This document shows positions 1 to 13,200 of a stretch of 64,000 nucleotides of DNA, piece after piece. Every line of letters starts with the position of its first letter. Position 1 is the first letter of the stretch. The DNA comes from Paraphysomonas bandaiensis (taxonomy: Eukaryota > Protista > Chrysophyceae). Where the stretch lies: NCBI GenBank assembly GCA_965644295.1, contig CBFFRP010000235.1, positions 62,001-126,000 on the forward strand. The letters are read 5' to 3'. The notes beneath the pieces were generated by a model. That model was not told the DNA's origin. It worked only from the letters and a program-made list of their open reading frames with translations, and did not search any database. The position numbers and the translations under genes were made by a program.

Positions 1-260
1 AGTTGCAGGATATACATACATTATCATGATATCGAGTGATGTTACATGAAGGAAATGAGAAGAGTGAGACTCCATACATTAAACACGTGTGTGTGTTAAT
101 TCATTGAATCTAGTTGATATGTTAGAGTTTGAATCTTCATCTCAAGAGAATCTGAACATGGAAGCTTGATGATAATAAGAATTAAATGAATACTCTACTC
201 TGTTGAGATGATTTAGAGATGCGTGGAATCTCATAGTTATGTATGGGACAACAGGAGGAG

Positions 261-406
261 GGGTGGTTGTGCACGTCCATTTTATAGATTTATTTCATTG
301 AAAAGTCATCATTTTTTCATTAAAAAGTCACTTTTTTTCACTTTTCACAGAAAAAACGATGATTTTTCAATGAAATAATTGATAAAATCGATATCCACAA
401 CCACCC
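261..406. repeat. Small foldback / MITE-like element with ~55-bp imperfect inverted arms
   Basis: GGGTGGTTGTG...TTATTTCATTGAAAAGTCATC (from 261) is mirrored by GATGATTTTTCAATGAAATAA...CACAACCACCC (to 406). No clear TSD. Confidence 0.6.
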
Positions 407-897
407 ACAGATACTGACACATGTAAACATCCATTATACAGATATTCCCTATACATATCACAAAATCCTTCATTTTTATATCATCGAAATGGAAAACACA
501 TCTTAAAACTCCCGAGTTTTATATAAACCAATGAATTCCTTGATATCCTTCAGCAAAAATCATGAATTTTAATACATTCCATATTTTTTGAGATGACGAG
601 TGGTCATCGTTCCACTCTGTACGTATGTATGTATGTATGTATGGCTGTATATATACACATATATATATACACACAGGAGTGTATAGTTAGAACACTCTCT
701 CTAGATAACAGCACAGTGATTAGCCATATATACAAGTGTTCATTATTTCATTATTGTTGATCAATATTCACATACTTTCATTACATTAACAGTATCTTAT
801 CATCATAAGAGCTGCTCATATATAACATTCACATACACTCTCATCACATATACATACATACATACACATCATCTTATAAGTATTCATCAGTATATAT

Positions 898-3800
898 ATG
901 TGGACACGTAGAGTTACTATATCCTCCATTAAACCTTATCGTTCATTATCTACATCTTCAATTCCTATAAAGAAAACACTGAAAGATGGATTGACTCTTC
1001 AAGATTTCTTAAATCAAGATCAAAAGAAATATATAAAAACACTCCCCAATAAATCAAAACGGATTCAATTGAATGATTCTTTATCATTCTATATTGAAAC
1101 ATATGGATGTCAAATGAATGTATCTGATAGTGAGATTGTACGAAGTGTTTTATTAGATGCAGGACATTCTATCAGTGATACCATTGAGACAGCAGATATT
1201 ATATTAGCTAATACATGTGCTATACGTGAGAATGCGGAAGCTAAAGTTTGGCATCGTTTAAATTACTTTAAATCAATTAAATCAAAGAATCGTGTACATC
1301 AACAGAAGCCAGGATATCCTATAGTAGGAGTATTGGGATGCATGGCTGAACGCCTGAAGACATCCTTATTGGAAGAAGAGAGTGTAGATTTTGTATGTGG
1401 ACCAGATGCATACAGAGACATTCCTTTACTTGTCAATATTGCAACCTCCACTGGTATGGTTATGAGAGAGTAGTGTGTACATCTGCGGAATGTGTAACGT
1501 TTTATGTATATGCTCTGATGTGTGCCATCTAATACAGTGCTCTTTTTGCAGACCAAAAAGCAGCCAATGTACAGCTTTCATTGGAGGAGACATACGCTGA
1601 TATTACTCCTGTGAGAGAGGTGTCTTCGACTAGTGCTTTTGTGTCAATTATGAGAGGGTGTAATAACATGTGTGCATGTAAGTACACCATCTACCGCTTT
1701 CCTGTACATCTGCCACAATCACATTTCCGCGTATTGTCTTTTAACCCAGACACACAGCTCGTCTGTGTCTGGTGTAGACAGCGCATATAAAAATGTACTC
1801 TTTGGAAAAAGCCGTCTGGTGTGCGTACCACATGCTAGTCGGAAGAGACCTCTGATACATATGTTTTCATAACACAAGTACAACTATTACAAACGATATT
1901 GTATCCATTTCTCTTATAAACTTCTTATATGGTTCTTGATATTTTGCGATTTTGTTTAGACTGCATTGTTCCTTTCACGAGAGGACGAGAGCGTAGTCGT
2001 GCGGTGAGCAGTATAGTAAGTGAAGTTCGGGCCCTATCGGAACAGGGAGTGAAGGAAGTCGTATTGCTGGGGCAGAATGTAAATTCATATCACGATACAT
2101 CGAAGGAGAGCAAGGAAGAATACCCGGAAGGTATGTTGCAAAGTTGATGTGAGAAAACACAGAAACAGTCATTTCTGGGTAATATTTTAGGGCTATTGGC
2201 GTTGTATTAGATCCGTGCTCTATTCTTTTTGTTGATTTGTAACATCTTTTGGCAGGAGAATACAACCCCACTCCTGGATTTAACAATATGTTCAAACTGC
2301 GTAGCGGCGCCGGAGCAAGGTAGGGTTTATTGTAGACGTGTACAGGCATGTAGTCTAATTGCCATGTGTTAGATTTGGTGATCTTCTTGCAGCAGTGGCA
2401 GCAGTGGACCCTGAGATAAGAATTCGGTTTACTTCACCACATCCGAAAGTAAACTGCATGCATCGCATAGTGTTATACTTCATTAGCCTGAGAGCACTAC
2501 ACTGTGCATATCACCCATAGAAAAGCACATTTTCAGCACCTACACCTTTTCTTATTGTATTGAGTAGGATTTCCCAGAAGAAGTTCTCACTCTCATTGCC
2601 AAGACTCCGAATATATGCAATAGTTTGCACCTCCCTGCCCAGGTGTGACTATGTAGTGTATGCAGTGATTATATAACGTGTTGATAGAGCGGAAACTCCA
2701 GGATGTTGGAAGTGATGCGAAGGTGCGCTGCTTGAAGTGATGTACTCGATGCGATATATATATGTTGCCGTGCATGACGATGTTGTCGATATATGAATAT
2801 TAGGTCTGTGGCGTGCACAACTGTTACATAACTGTATGCGCGTAGGGGCTATACAAGGGAAGCCTATTTGGAGCTGGTTCGGAGAGCTCGTGATATCATT
2901 CCAGGTACAACCTCGTGTATGACATGCTACAATTACATTTCCTGCGTGTTGTCTTTTAACCCAGACACACAGCTCGTCTGTGTCTGGTGTAGACAGCGCA
3001 TATAAAAATGTCTCTTTGGAAAAAGCCGTCTGGTGTGCTTACCACATGCCAGTCGGAAGAGACCTCTGATACATATATTTGTATGTCATGAACAGTAGAA
3101 TATATCGATGGTGTCATGGATCTAATGCTAGTACTGCTGTGATTGAGTTCCTACATGAAGGCTCGGTCGTACTAACCTTCTGATGTATGTGTTGATTCTG
3201 TTTACAGGGGTAACGATATCATCTGATTTCATATCTGGGTTTTGCTCGGAAACTCCTGAAGAGCATAGCGATACAATCAGCCTACTTCGAGAGGTTCAGT
3301 ATGAGCAGGCGTTTATGGTGAGTGACACTAATGGCACCCGCAACTGTAGTACTATTGGTAATGCGTATTTTAACTTCACGCAATGTGGTATTCTATATTC
3401 TAGTTCGCATATTCGATGAGGGACCGTACCCACGCGCAGTATAAGCTTGAAGATGATGTGTCAGAAGACGAGAAGCTTCGCAGACTACAGGAGGTATAAA
3501 GTGATAACTATCCTATGGTATTGAGGTCCATATTTACAACAATACATACGCCTTTATAATCTCTTTGTTTTTATGTCACGTATATGTACCCCTTCAGGTG
3601 ATATCAACATTCCGGCAACACATGCTGGAAAAAAACCTTTTAGAAGAGGGCCGCCTGCATTTGGTTCTTGTGGAAGGTCCAAGTAAACGCAGTAAACCTG
3701 GTGCGGAGAGCCTCACAGGTCGCACTGACGGCAACAAAAGATGTGTCTTTCCGGCTACACCTGCCTCTGTGTGTGTTCCCAGAGGCGGTGACGTGACCCT

Positions 3801-4014
3801 CTCAGAACTGCTTGGACCAATGGTTAGCGGCGAGAGGACCGCTGATTTGGAGGAGCGCATTAACTCAACACATGGAGAGAAGAGAGTACCAGTGCCTGGA
3901 GATTATGCAGTTGTTGAGGTAAAGGACGCCAAAGGACAAGTTTTGTACGGAAGGTCGTTAGCCATAACCACTTTAATGGATTTCCATCATCACATGGGAT
4001 CTTCACATGAATAG
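898..4014 (+). CDS. CDK5RAP1: CDK5RAP1/MiaB-type tRNA methylthiotransferase (radical SAM + TRAM), multi-exon, probable mitochondrial presequence
   Basis: Motifs across GT-AG exons: [57 protein letters not shown] (CxxxCxxC spans an intron), [46 protein letters not shown]. Stop at 4012-4014. Confidence 0.93.
1727..1862 (+). ncRNA. Intronic box H/ACA snoRNA candidate, copy 1
   Basis: Hairpin (CCAGACAC/GTGTCTGG upper stem, TGTCT/AGACA lower stem), H box ATATAA at 1785-1790, second hairpin, ACA at 1857-1859. Lies inside intron 1678-1959 and is nearly identical to copy 2. Confidence 0.75.
2943..3076 (+). ncRNA. Intronic box H/ACA snoRNA candidate, copy 2
   Basis: Same architecture, with H box at 3000-3005 and ACA at 3071-3073, in a later CDK5RAP1 intron. 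Differences from copy 1 are few and include a G-U/G-C swap in a stem. Confidence 0.75.
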
Positions 4015-4235
4015 ATATAGATCTATATTAGAATTTTAGGGTAATAATAATTGTCACGTATAACCACTCTGCATTGCCTACAATTTACCCTACATCCAAA
4101 GAAGATGCTAATCATTTTATTAACAGATAGGAATAGATACATTATTTCGATTTCAACACAAAACGTATTTAACTAGTGACACACAAAAATCTAATCACAA
4201 GGTACTAATTGGTTTCAAATCAATGCTACATATAT

Positions 4236-7200
4236 TCAGTCATGCAGTGCAAGACTGTCATCGTCGCATACATCTGGATCCTTTGTAGAATAAATCGGGC
4301 GTGGAGGCGTATGCGTTCCAGCATGACTTAATTCTGCTAATACATCTGAATGTTGCTGTGGCACATCTACATAGAAATATTATAAAATGAAAATAGGCAC
4401 AACAATGAATGAATCACAATTGGAAATAGTATACCTGAAACATTAATAGGTTGCTGGGGAGCACCTACTTCTACAACTCGATGCCATTCTCTCTTTAACT
4501 CATCAAGAGACGCAGAGGCAGACAACGATTCGATTTCTTTTTGTGTTTTCATAAAGTCCCGCCGGCGCTTCTCTTTGCGACTAAGACTAACACTGGGAAT
4601 GCTCGGCAACACTGCAGAGGTTGACTTCGACAAGACTTGAAAGCTGGGACTTGCTACAGGTGCCGTTGTGCGCAGTGCAGCTGAACCAATCTTTCGTCGT
4701 TGCGGCTGTCTACACGAAATAGACATCGTTGGCTTATTCTCTGGTTTCGTTTTCGACACGGTAGGGACTTGTACTTGGATAGCGTTTTTAGCATCAGATC
4801 TAGCTGCAGCCAGAATAGCATTTGCTGAGTGCGTAGCACTCAGAGCTCGCACAATATTAGTTGACTTCGATTTCCGTTTAGATGCTACTGTTGCACTATT
4901 GGCATTGCGAATCAACTCCCGCATTTCTAATTCTACGTCATCATCAACGTAATACCTTGGTATCGGCACTTGCTTCTGTGGAAACGATTCAGCAGAGTGC
5001 TCACTTACATGATCACTCATACAACTTCGATGAGAATCAATGTCATATTCAATGGGCTGGTCGGCGCTTGTGTATGGCGTTATCTGCGGTTTGGGTGCGG
5101 CAATCTCAGGTTCTGGTGGTAACGGTGACTCCAAGGGATGAAGAGGCATGGAAGGAGAAAAAAAATCATCTGATCCTTCTTGTTCAGCTAATCGAGATGA
5201 TATGGCCACCCTTTGCCTCGCGCTGTGTATTGTTGACACTAAATCGCTCAATGGCAAGGCCATATCTCGTGAAGTCTCTTTACGATCGGCAAATATATAA
5301 TTATCAGAATCTTCGTCCCATGAAAGACCTAGAGCAGCTGCGTAAGCCTTGATAACCACATCATCATCCACCCCATCCAGCTGAATACTTGAGCCAAGCG
5401 CATCTTTCATATACGAAGGCAAGAGACCAGTCACATCGCCAGATTTAGGTACAGGCAGTCGTCGTTTTGACTCTTCCGATCGCTCCAACAGTCTTTTGGC
5501 AAGGACTTGGACATGTAGCTCGGGATTAGACTGCGTACTAGAAACAGACGGCAAACTACAGACACTCCTGTCGTCTGCTTCAGAATCCAGTCGATAGTCG
5601 TACATCGGGGGGTGTATTTTAGGAGTATGTTTACGGGGCGGTTGCTTTGGTGGAGGGTTAAGTTTCTGTGCTTGAACTACAACCCCCTTTATTCCGCTGT
5701 CATCCACATAAGGTGGATCAGTACTCATATCTTCGAACACGTGTTTAGATTGCATTTTGTTGAATTTTTCTTTGATATCCATCTGCTTCTCAGATTGGCG
5801 CGTTGAAGGACGTGTGCTACCAACAGGTGAACGCGATCTATCACTATCGTGCTTCGTTGCAAGACTCACACCTGAAATACATCACGTGAAATTCCACTAT
5901 ATATATATACGATACGGCGCAAAAATACCTGAGAGTTCTGCGTCTGGTAGATACCCACTTTGCAAGCCTCTTAGAGACTGACTCTGTGAGACAGATGGAC
6001 GAACAAGACCTTGCTTGCGTTTTTCACGTGTTCGCAGTACACTCCGATTCATCTCAGAACGTTTAAGTGATGTGGCTGTAGACTGACGGCTTCCAAATGC
6101 AGTCCCAGGCTAAATACACCAATATAAATTACATGTACGTACACATGTAAGTGCACGTATGATGGACGCTTGGAGGAAATGATTATGTATAATATCGTTG
6201 CTAATATCATTTTATATCAACTAAGTGTGTACTTACGTAATGATTAGCCAGTGTCGCATCCTGGAGCACTTTTCTCACGTTCTCTACACACAACTCCACT
6301 CTGTCGAAAGGGGATACACCCTCGCTGCCTTCGCCCTCTTTACGCACTATGTGATCCGGACCACTACCGTCACTATGAGGTACGCTATCATCACTTCCCA
6401 AACGAGAGCGGCGCGGAAGTGGGGTAGTCTTATTCAGGTCATAGTCTTCCGTCGCTTGAAGCAAGTTGTCAATTTTCTCGTCAATATTTCGTGCAGAGAT
6501 GCGCGGAGATGAATCGGTCAGCTCAGACCGACCGGAAAGCTTCTCTACGTCCAATTCTTGCTTGTGCTTCTGAAGGGTGCTCTGTAAAATATATAAGTAA
6601 CTATATGAGACCACGTAAATAACAGGTGAGCATGAAATCATACGAAAATGCCTGATGACCGGTATAAAATAGCAAAATACATAACAGTCACGAACACAAT
6701 ACCCTTGCCATACACCTACCTCGATATATTGAAGCAGTGACGACTCATCCGTTGTCTTTCCGGCAGAAGATGACAAATATACACCACGTTTCAAAACAGG
6801 GACTGGACGGGGCTTAGTTTCATTCTCGACAGGCGGTGCAGAATCACGAGCAGAGAGCTGATTCTCATAACTATCCAGAATGGAATACGCATTTGGAGAG
6901 AGCATTCGATTGGCAGTAGCAGAGTTGGAACGACTATAGAGTAATGAAAACATCAAGATATTCATCAAGTGCATTACAGTGCTGCTTTACACAGCCTACG
7001 CTATCGCTTACCTCACAGGCCTACTCTGATGATTACTTTGGATTTGGGGCACTATGATATCACTAATTGAAGCAGCAAAAAATTTCGATAAATCATCATG
7101 CATTGGTCCTGCAAACATTTCATTTTTCCACTGCGTCGGGTCAGTGGGGACAAATGACTCTCGAGGCTTTACATCACTTTTACGCTGATTTGAATCAAAA

Positions 7201-10200
7201 GAACGACCTGTTACTTCAAGAGTGGTCCTCCCACGTTTCACCGGACTTGTAACTTTATTAGGTGACACTGCACAAAGTGCTTGTTTTTGTGCTAATTGCG
7301 CTAGTGTGTTGCACGTGTCCCCGGTACTCGTTCGCGACAATACAGGCTTGGACTGAGCTGCGTCAGTCAATATTGAGAGTCGTAGCGGGGATGTTTCCCT
7401 TGCACCCTTGACGGTACCAGGAACATTATCCTCTACTCTTTCGCCAGCCAATACCTCGGTTTTACCTGGAGATGATCTCGGCGGAGAACTCTTGATGCCC
7501 TTAGATGTTAGAGTACTTTTCTTCGCTGTGGGTGCAATGATCGAACGCCGTGAGGCTCGTACTTTCCATTTTCCATCGAGAAACACAGCTTCACCACCAT
7601 TAGGGCCACATGGTACTTCTTCTTGTGGTATGGTTGGACTACACAATACCTGAGCGTTAGAATAGATATACACCACAAAAAGCAGATAAACATCCTTCCA
7701 TAACAATACTAATTACAACAGAATTTAATACGTACCTATCTGTAGATCCAATATTTACTGATATAGAGAGAATAGGCTGGAATGGATCCCCCTTCTTAGC
7801 GTCAGTACTAACATTCGTGAGTGTAGACCTCCCGGTTCCCAATGATTCAGAACAACGATCACTATTATCGCCAACATTTCCTTCTTGAGAAACTTCTACA
7901 ACAGCAGGTGGAAAATTTTCTACTTTCACATCCTCTTGGCGGTGCTTTGACTTTTCACTGGCTTCGCTATCATCATCGATGTCGTCGGTCATTGTATGCG
8001 TGGGGTTTAAACCGTGGGATACATGGGTGTAATGTTTACGTAAACGGGCAGGAGACTGTCCTGAATTCTTGGATCTACTTGTATCTTTCAGTTGTTCCCT
8101 TCGTTCAGTGGATTCTATATCAGACTTATCCTCTCCTTCAACTAAACTTTTATCTTGGATTACGTTATGGGAAGGCGAACTAATTCCGCTGGGTCGTTTC
8201 CCTCTACGACTAGTAATTGAATCTCTTCCACTGTCTGTGTGGGTAACACTAATATCTCCTGAGCTACAACGTGGTATCGATTCTGATACAGAGCCCGCAG
8301 ATTTCCTGTGAGCAATAACAGGGCTACGTGTAGACCCTCTACTACTTCCACGACTTTCGGATCCATCTCTAGAGAACTTTCTACCATCAATTAAAGGGCT
8401 ACCCACTCGCAGTTTATCATTGTCAAGCTCAATGACATCACCCTGTGACTGCTCCTCAGAATATACATCTCCGCTACAAGAAAACGACACGATTACTAAA
8501 TTTAAATATTCATATACACTGCTAGCACGGCAACGAATTGCTATGTAGAGTCCTACAAGATCAAAAAATACCTGCTGTATATTGAATTGCCCATATTAGA
8601 AATATCATCAGCAAATACAGGCCCTTGCCCCAAAGGGCTTCCATCCGGCCAAAATCCTTTTCCACTATCCTCAGAATGCTCGTCCTTCATATCATCGCCT
8701 GTAAAAATTTAATCGAAAGTTAGATTATAACGGTGGGCGTTTCTTGCTAACACATGAAAATGCACCTCTGTTGTTTGACGCAGGTTCAGATATTTTCGAC
8801 ACCTCTTTACGCCATGCAATCGCACTAAGCTGAGATGACGTTATCGAATTTCCATCTGGATCGTATTGAACTCCTTCGTTCTCTTGACACTTTTCAGCTT
8901 CAGCAGTAGCCTATATTAGCAGAACACCAACTGTCAGTCAATTTCAATTGGTGTAATATACAGTCGGTCAACCACGATAGTTAATATAGTAAACATGAAA
9001 ATTCATGCGTACAACATCCGTTGATGAATTCCACCTTCAATCGTGTAATATGCTTAGACCCATTTGTTGCATACGGGTCCATAACGACTATCTTAGCGAC
9101 CGCCCTTCGGCGTTTGTTACTGATGGGATCATTTACCATCTGCCCACAATCAGTTAAGTTTACAATGCATATTCAATATGTTTACACTATTGCAGATACA
9201 ATAAGACATGTACACAGTGTCATTTACGCTCGCATTAAAAGCTAAATAAAAGACCCACAACACATAAGCATTTACTACGCACCATAGTGCCTCTAGACAG
9301 AGGAGTAGAATCTCCTTGCTTATCAGGGTGCTCGTCGCGAGACATCGATACCGACTGAGTACCTACATATAACCACAATCACATGTACAGAGCATACACT
9401 CAACTATCCCTACAACATCCATCATGGAATGTGAAGCATCATGATAATGTCTTATCAATTCACTATGTGATAAACATACTTAGAGAGTCTCCGACAGGTC
9501 TAAATGTTTGCTCAGTCTCGATATCGGACCCAATGACTGGAGGTTCATCTGAGATGGCAAACCGATTAGTGTTAATACATATAAATATAACAACTGTTGA
9601 CAAGCTTGATGTATACAGAAAAACTATATAATGTCAGATATACACACTGAAGCATACCAAGTAAGAAGTTCTTAATACGTTGCCTCTTCTTATTTTCTTT
9701 CTCTCGCTGGGCTGCAGCAATTTCCTCTTCCGTCTCTTCGTGAATCTCTTCAGGCCAATCCAAATGTGAATGGTCTTCGAGCTGAGTATTTTTCTTTACA
9801 GCTTCATAGAGGCGAGCAGTGCGGTTCATATTGCGCAATATAACTGACTCCTAAGAAAAAAATACGCGCATTACGGAAAGTTACAAACTGTACGTGCGAT
9901 AGAAAAAGAGAAACACTACATCTCTATATTGCCTCCTAAAATAGCAGCAAACTACACTTACATCATCCTCATCTTCAAACGCAACCTTGCTACCTCCATC
10001 ACTGGGGCATAAACTACTCGAATCGTCTTCAGCCACTGAGGGAAGAGTACTTTGCTGGCTAACGTTGTCCTCTAATTTTTTCTTCTTAGGTTCTGTTTGC
10101 TTTTCTATGTATTCCAACATTTGCCAGTATTCATCTTGCAATTCAGTTCTGTGTACCAACAGTCATATAAAATATATTACAGTGTAATGTTTTATTGACA

Positions 10201-13200
10201 AGACTTGAAATACCATGTCATCATATATAATATTATCCAAAATAAAGCCAGTCGTTCATTTATGCATAGATAGCGGCTTACCGCATTGCTTCTATCTGCT
10301 CTTCAGTAAGCTCGACTTCTACCTCTTCAGACTTTTCGCTCCTGAGAACACACATAACTTGCTGTACCGTCCACAAAGGAGCACCAAAATTGTAACATGC
10401 AAACGCATACGTCAAGAAACATACACAAGAAATCACTGTCAAATGTGTTCAACGACGTATCAACTACGAATCTGATTCTAGTAGCTAAAACATGTCATTA
10501 TGCACACCTATCGTCGTCAGAGTCATAATGTTGTGACACTCTTCTATTCAAGGAATATATATCATCAGCGGATGCATTTTTGCTGAAATCGACCAGTGAC
10601 ATCCGTGAAGTGCTGCGGCCGTGAAACCCTATAACCGTTACATGTTAAGTGGCGCAGATACTCACACCGACCACTTAAACTACAGACCTGCAAATTTTCC
10701 TTCCTCCGCACTTTCACTTCGAGGTGAGGCAGCGAATATATCTTCTTCCTGATCAGATATCTCCTCTACAGTCTCCGACACCAAATTAGCCGGAGGAGGT
10801 GGCTCTGGGCCATCGATATCTGTACCTGCGATGCCCACAAAAGAACAAGTTAAATAGACCCAATAGATATATGACAACATAACAACTGAACAACGCATCG
10901 TACAGAAAACATACGTACCCAATGGCAAACTATCAGATCGTGTTTGTCGTTGTTCAACGCCATTTTCCGCATCGGTGGCGTCAGGTTCCACTGGCGTCGC
11001 TTGACCACTATCAAAATCATCATCAAGAAGGTCAATTTCCAGTTTGTTTGGTGATTGAGCTTCCGTAGGAGTTCGAGCTCCTAAAGTAGTACAACACATA
11101 TGAATATACAGATACGTCAAAGCCCTTTACAGTTACCTTCGGCCGAAGAAAGTGTTCGAGATGGCATATTTTTGAGTTCATTAGAGGACCTCTGACTATC
11201 CAATCTACGACGACCTCCACGACTCCGAGGAGTACTGGATGCACGATTAGTGAAGCTCCGGGATTTTTTCAACATCAATGATCGTTTGGATCCAGATCGT
11301 GATAAAGAGCGGTCTGAAAAAGTCCAAATCGCATGTCATCGCGTTATGTATAATCAAAGACAAACTACATAGGTGGGGGTATACAAACGCCCAAGATAAA
11401 CAGCATTGATCATTACACACTTATTGGCAATAAACAAGTTAGCCGCTCGGCAACATGAGATACAAGGACACGACTAAGAACGTCACATACCTACAACAGG
11501 AGATGATTCTTTTGGAGAGTCAACATTGGAACCAGACTTGCCAGATGACTTGCCTTTACCACTGTACACAATAATCATTGCATAACCACATACGCTGTGT
11601 GTATATATGCGACGCACGCATTCACACAACGACACAAGTATATACGTACGTTGTTAAATGGTCCGCATACTCTATCACATCATCACAGTATTTGTTTAGA
11701 GCTTTGATCAGTCTCTTTTCCCGCAGCTCTTGCGACTAGAACAAGATTAGCGGCAAGTAGATTATCAAAGCTTACATAGATATTGAGAAACACTAGCATA
11801 TCCAACTGGACTACTCTGTCGTGCCATACATATACTGGGATTAAAACTCACTTTTAAACTGGATAACTTCTTCATACGGGTTAGCATTAACTCCTGAATA
11901 TCCACTGAAGATGTAAACTTTTCTCCTGCTAGGTGAGTAAATATTTGTTTGACACCGCTGCTCTGTCGTTCATATGTTCTCAAATCTGACTCGTGCTTTT
12001 TCAACTCCTGCTCAAGGGACTACACGCAATCGATCATACACGTGACATGACATTTTAAAAGTATAAGGAATCACACAGAGCTGTATGCGTGATTGCACAA
12101 CACTCTCACAACATTCCAAACGCATGAAGACCCACATTTATATGGTCTTGAAACTTCGGTATCTCGCCTTCTTTCGCCAATAATGCACTTTTTGTAATAT
12201 TATACAACTTCTCTCTGTTCTGGTGGTCATCGCGGGCAAAATGAATCTCTAAATCCGTAAGAGCATCTTCATAATTTCCACTTTCAAATTTTAAGCGAAC
12301 CATTCCCACCAAGTTTTTAAGTTGGGATAAGTTTTCTTTTTGAACAGAAATAATTTTCTCCACACCATGTATCAATCGATTCTATATACACGTACATCGA
12401 TGAGAACACACACATATTGATGTACATCCCATTTTCAGCTACAAAGTACATATAAAAGAAATGATGGCGTGAAAACATATACAACAGCTTCATATATTAC
12501 CATGGCGCTCTTTGTGTGCAATGTCTCATCGAGGTAATGTTTTGTCCTCTGTCCGATCTTCACCATCCTCTTCCGTGACGACGTCAAATACTCTGTGAAT
12601 AATTTAGCTTCTTGATCTAGTTGCTTCAACTCAAGTTGTGTAGATTTCAGATTAGCTTTCGTCTTCCAGCATATATTTTCTATAGCTATAACCTCAGATT
12701 CTAGTGCAGCTGCTAAACGATTCGGTTGCCACCACTTCTTCGGTAGCCATTTAAATGACTTTAAAATCATGAGTCTAGCAGGTTTCTGATGAATAAGTTC
12801 GACTAAATTGGCTCCAACGTGAACTTGCATCTTCGTTGTAGGTGTGAACGAGTACGACCCCGGCTTCAAAGTCATATTCGCCTGAAGCTTACAATAATTT
12901 GAATCGTGAGGCACAGACAGGGGCGGTAAGCCCATCTGCTCCAAAAGCGCTACCAAGCGGGCAACAGATGCATTTGCAAGTTTCACGAATCGAGTAATCA
13001 TATTTTGTCGCGACTTTTGATTCTTTTCTTCAATTTCCTTTTGCTTCTTTGCTGTTGCACCGAATACTAGTGTCATTCCACCAGTCTTATTGGGGAGCTG
13101 TTTCAGAGGCTTTGGCCACCACGTTTCGATTGTGACATCTATCGGTGGCTCATACGCCGACGAGCATCCATCCATACTTAAAATTTCCTCACCACCGTAG

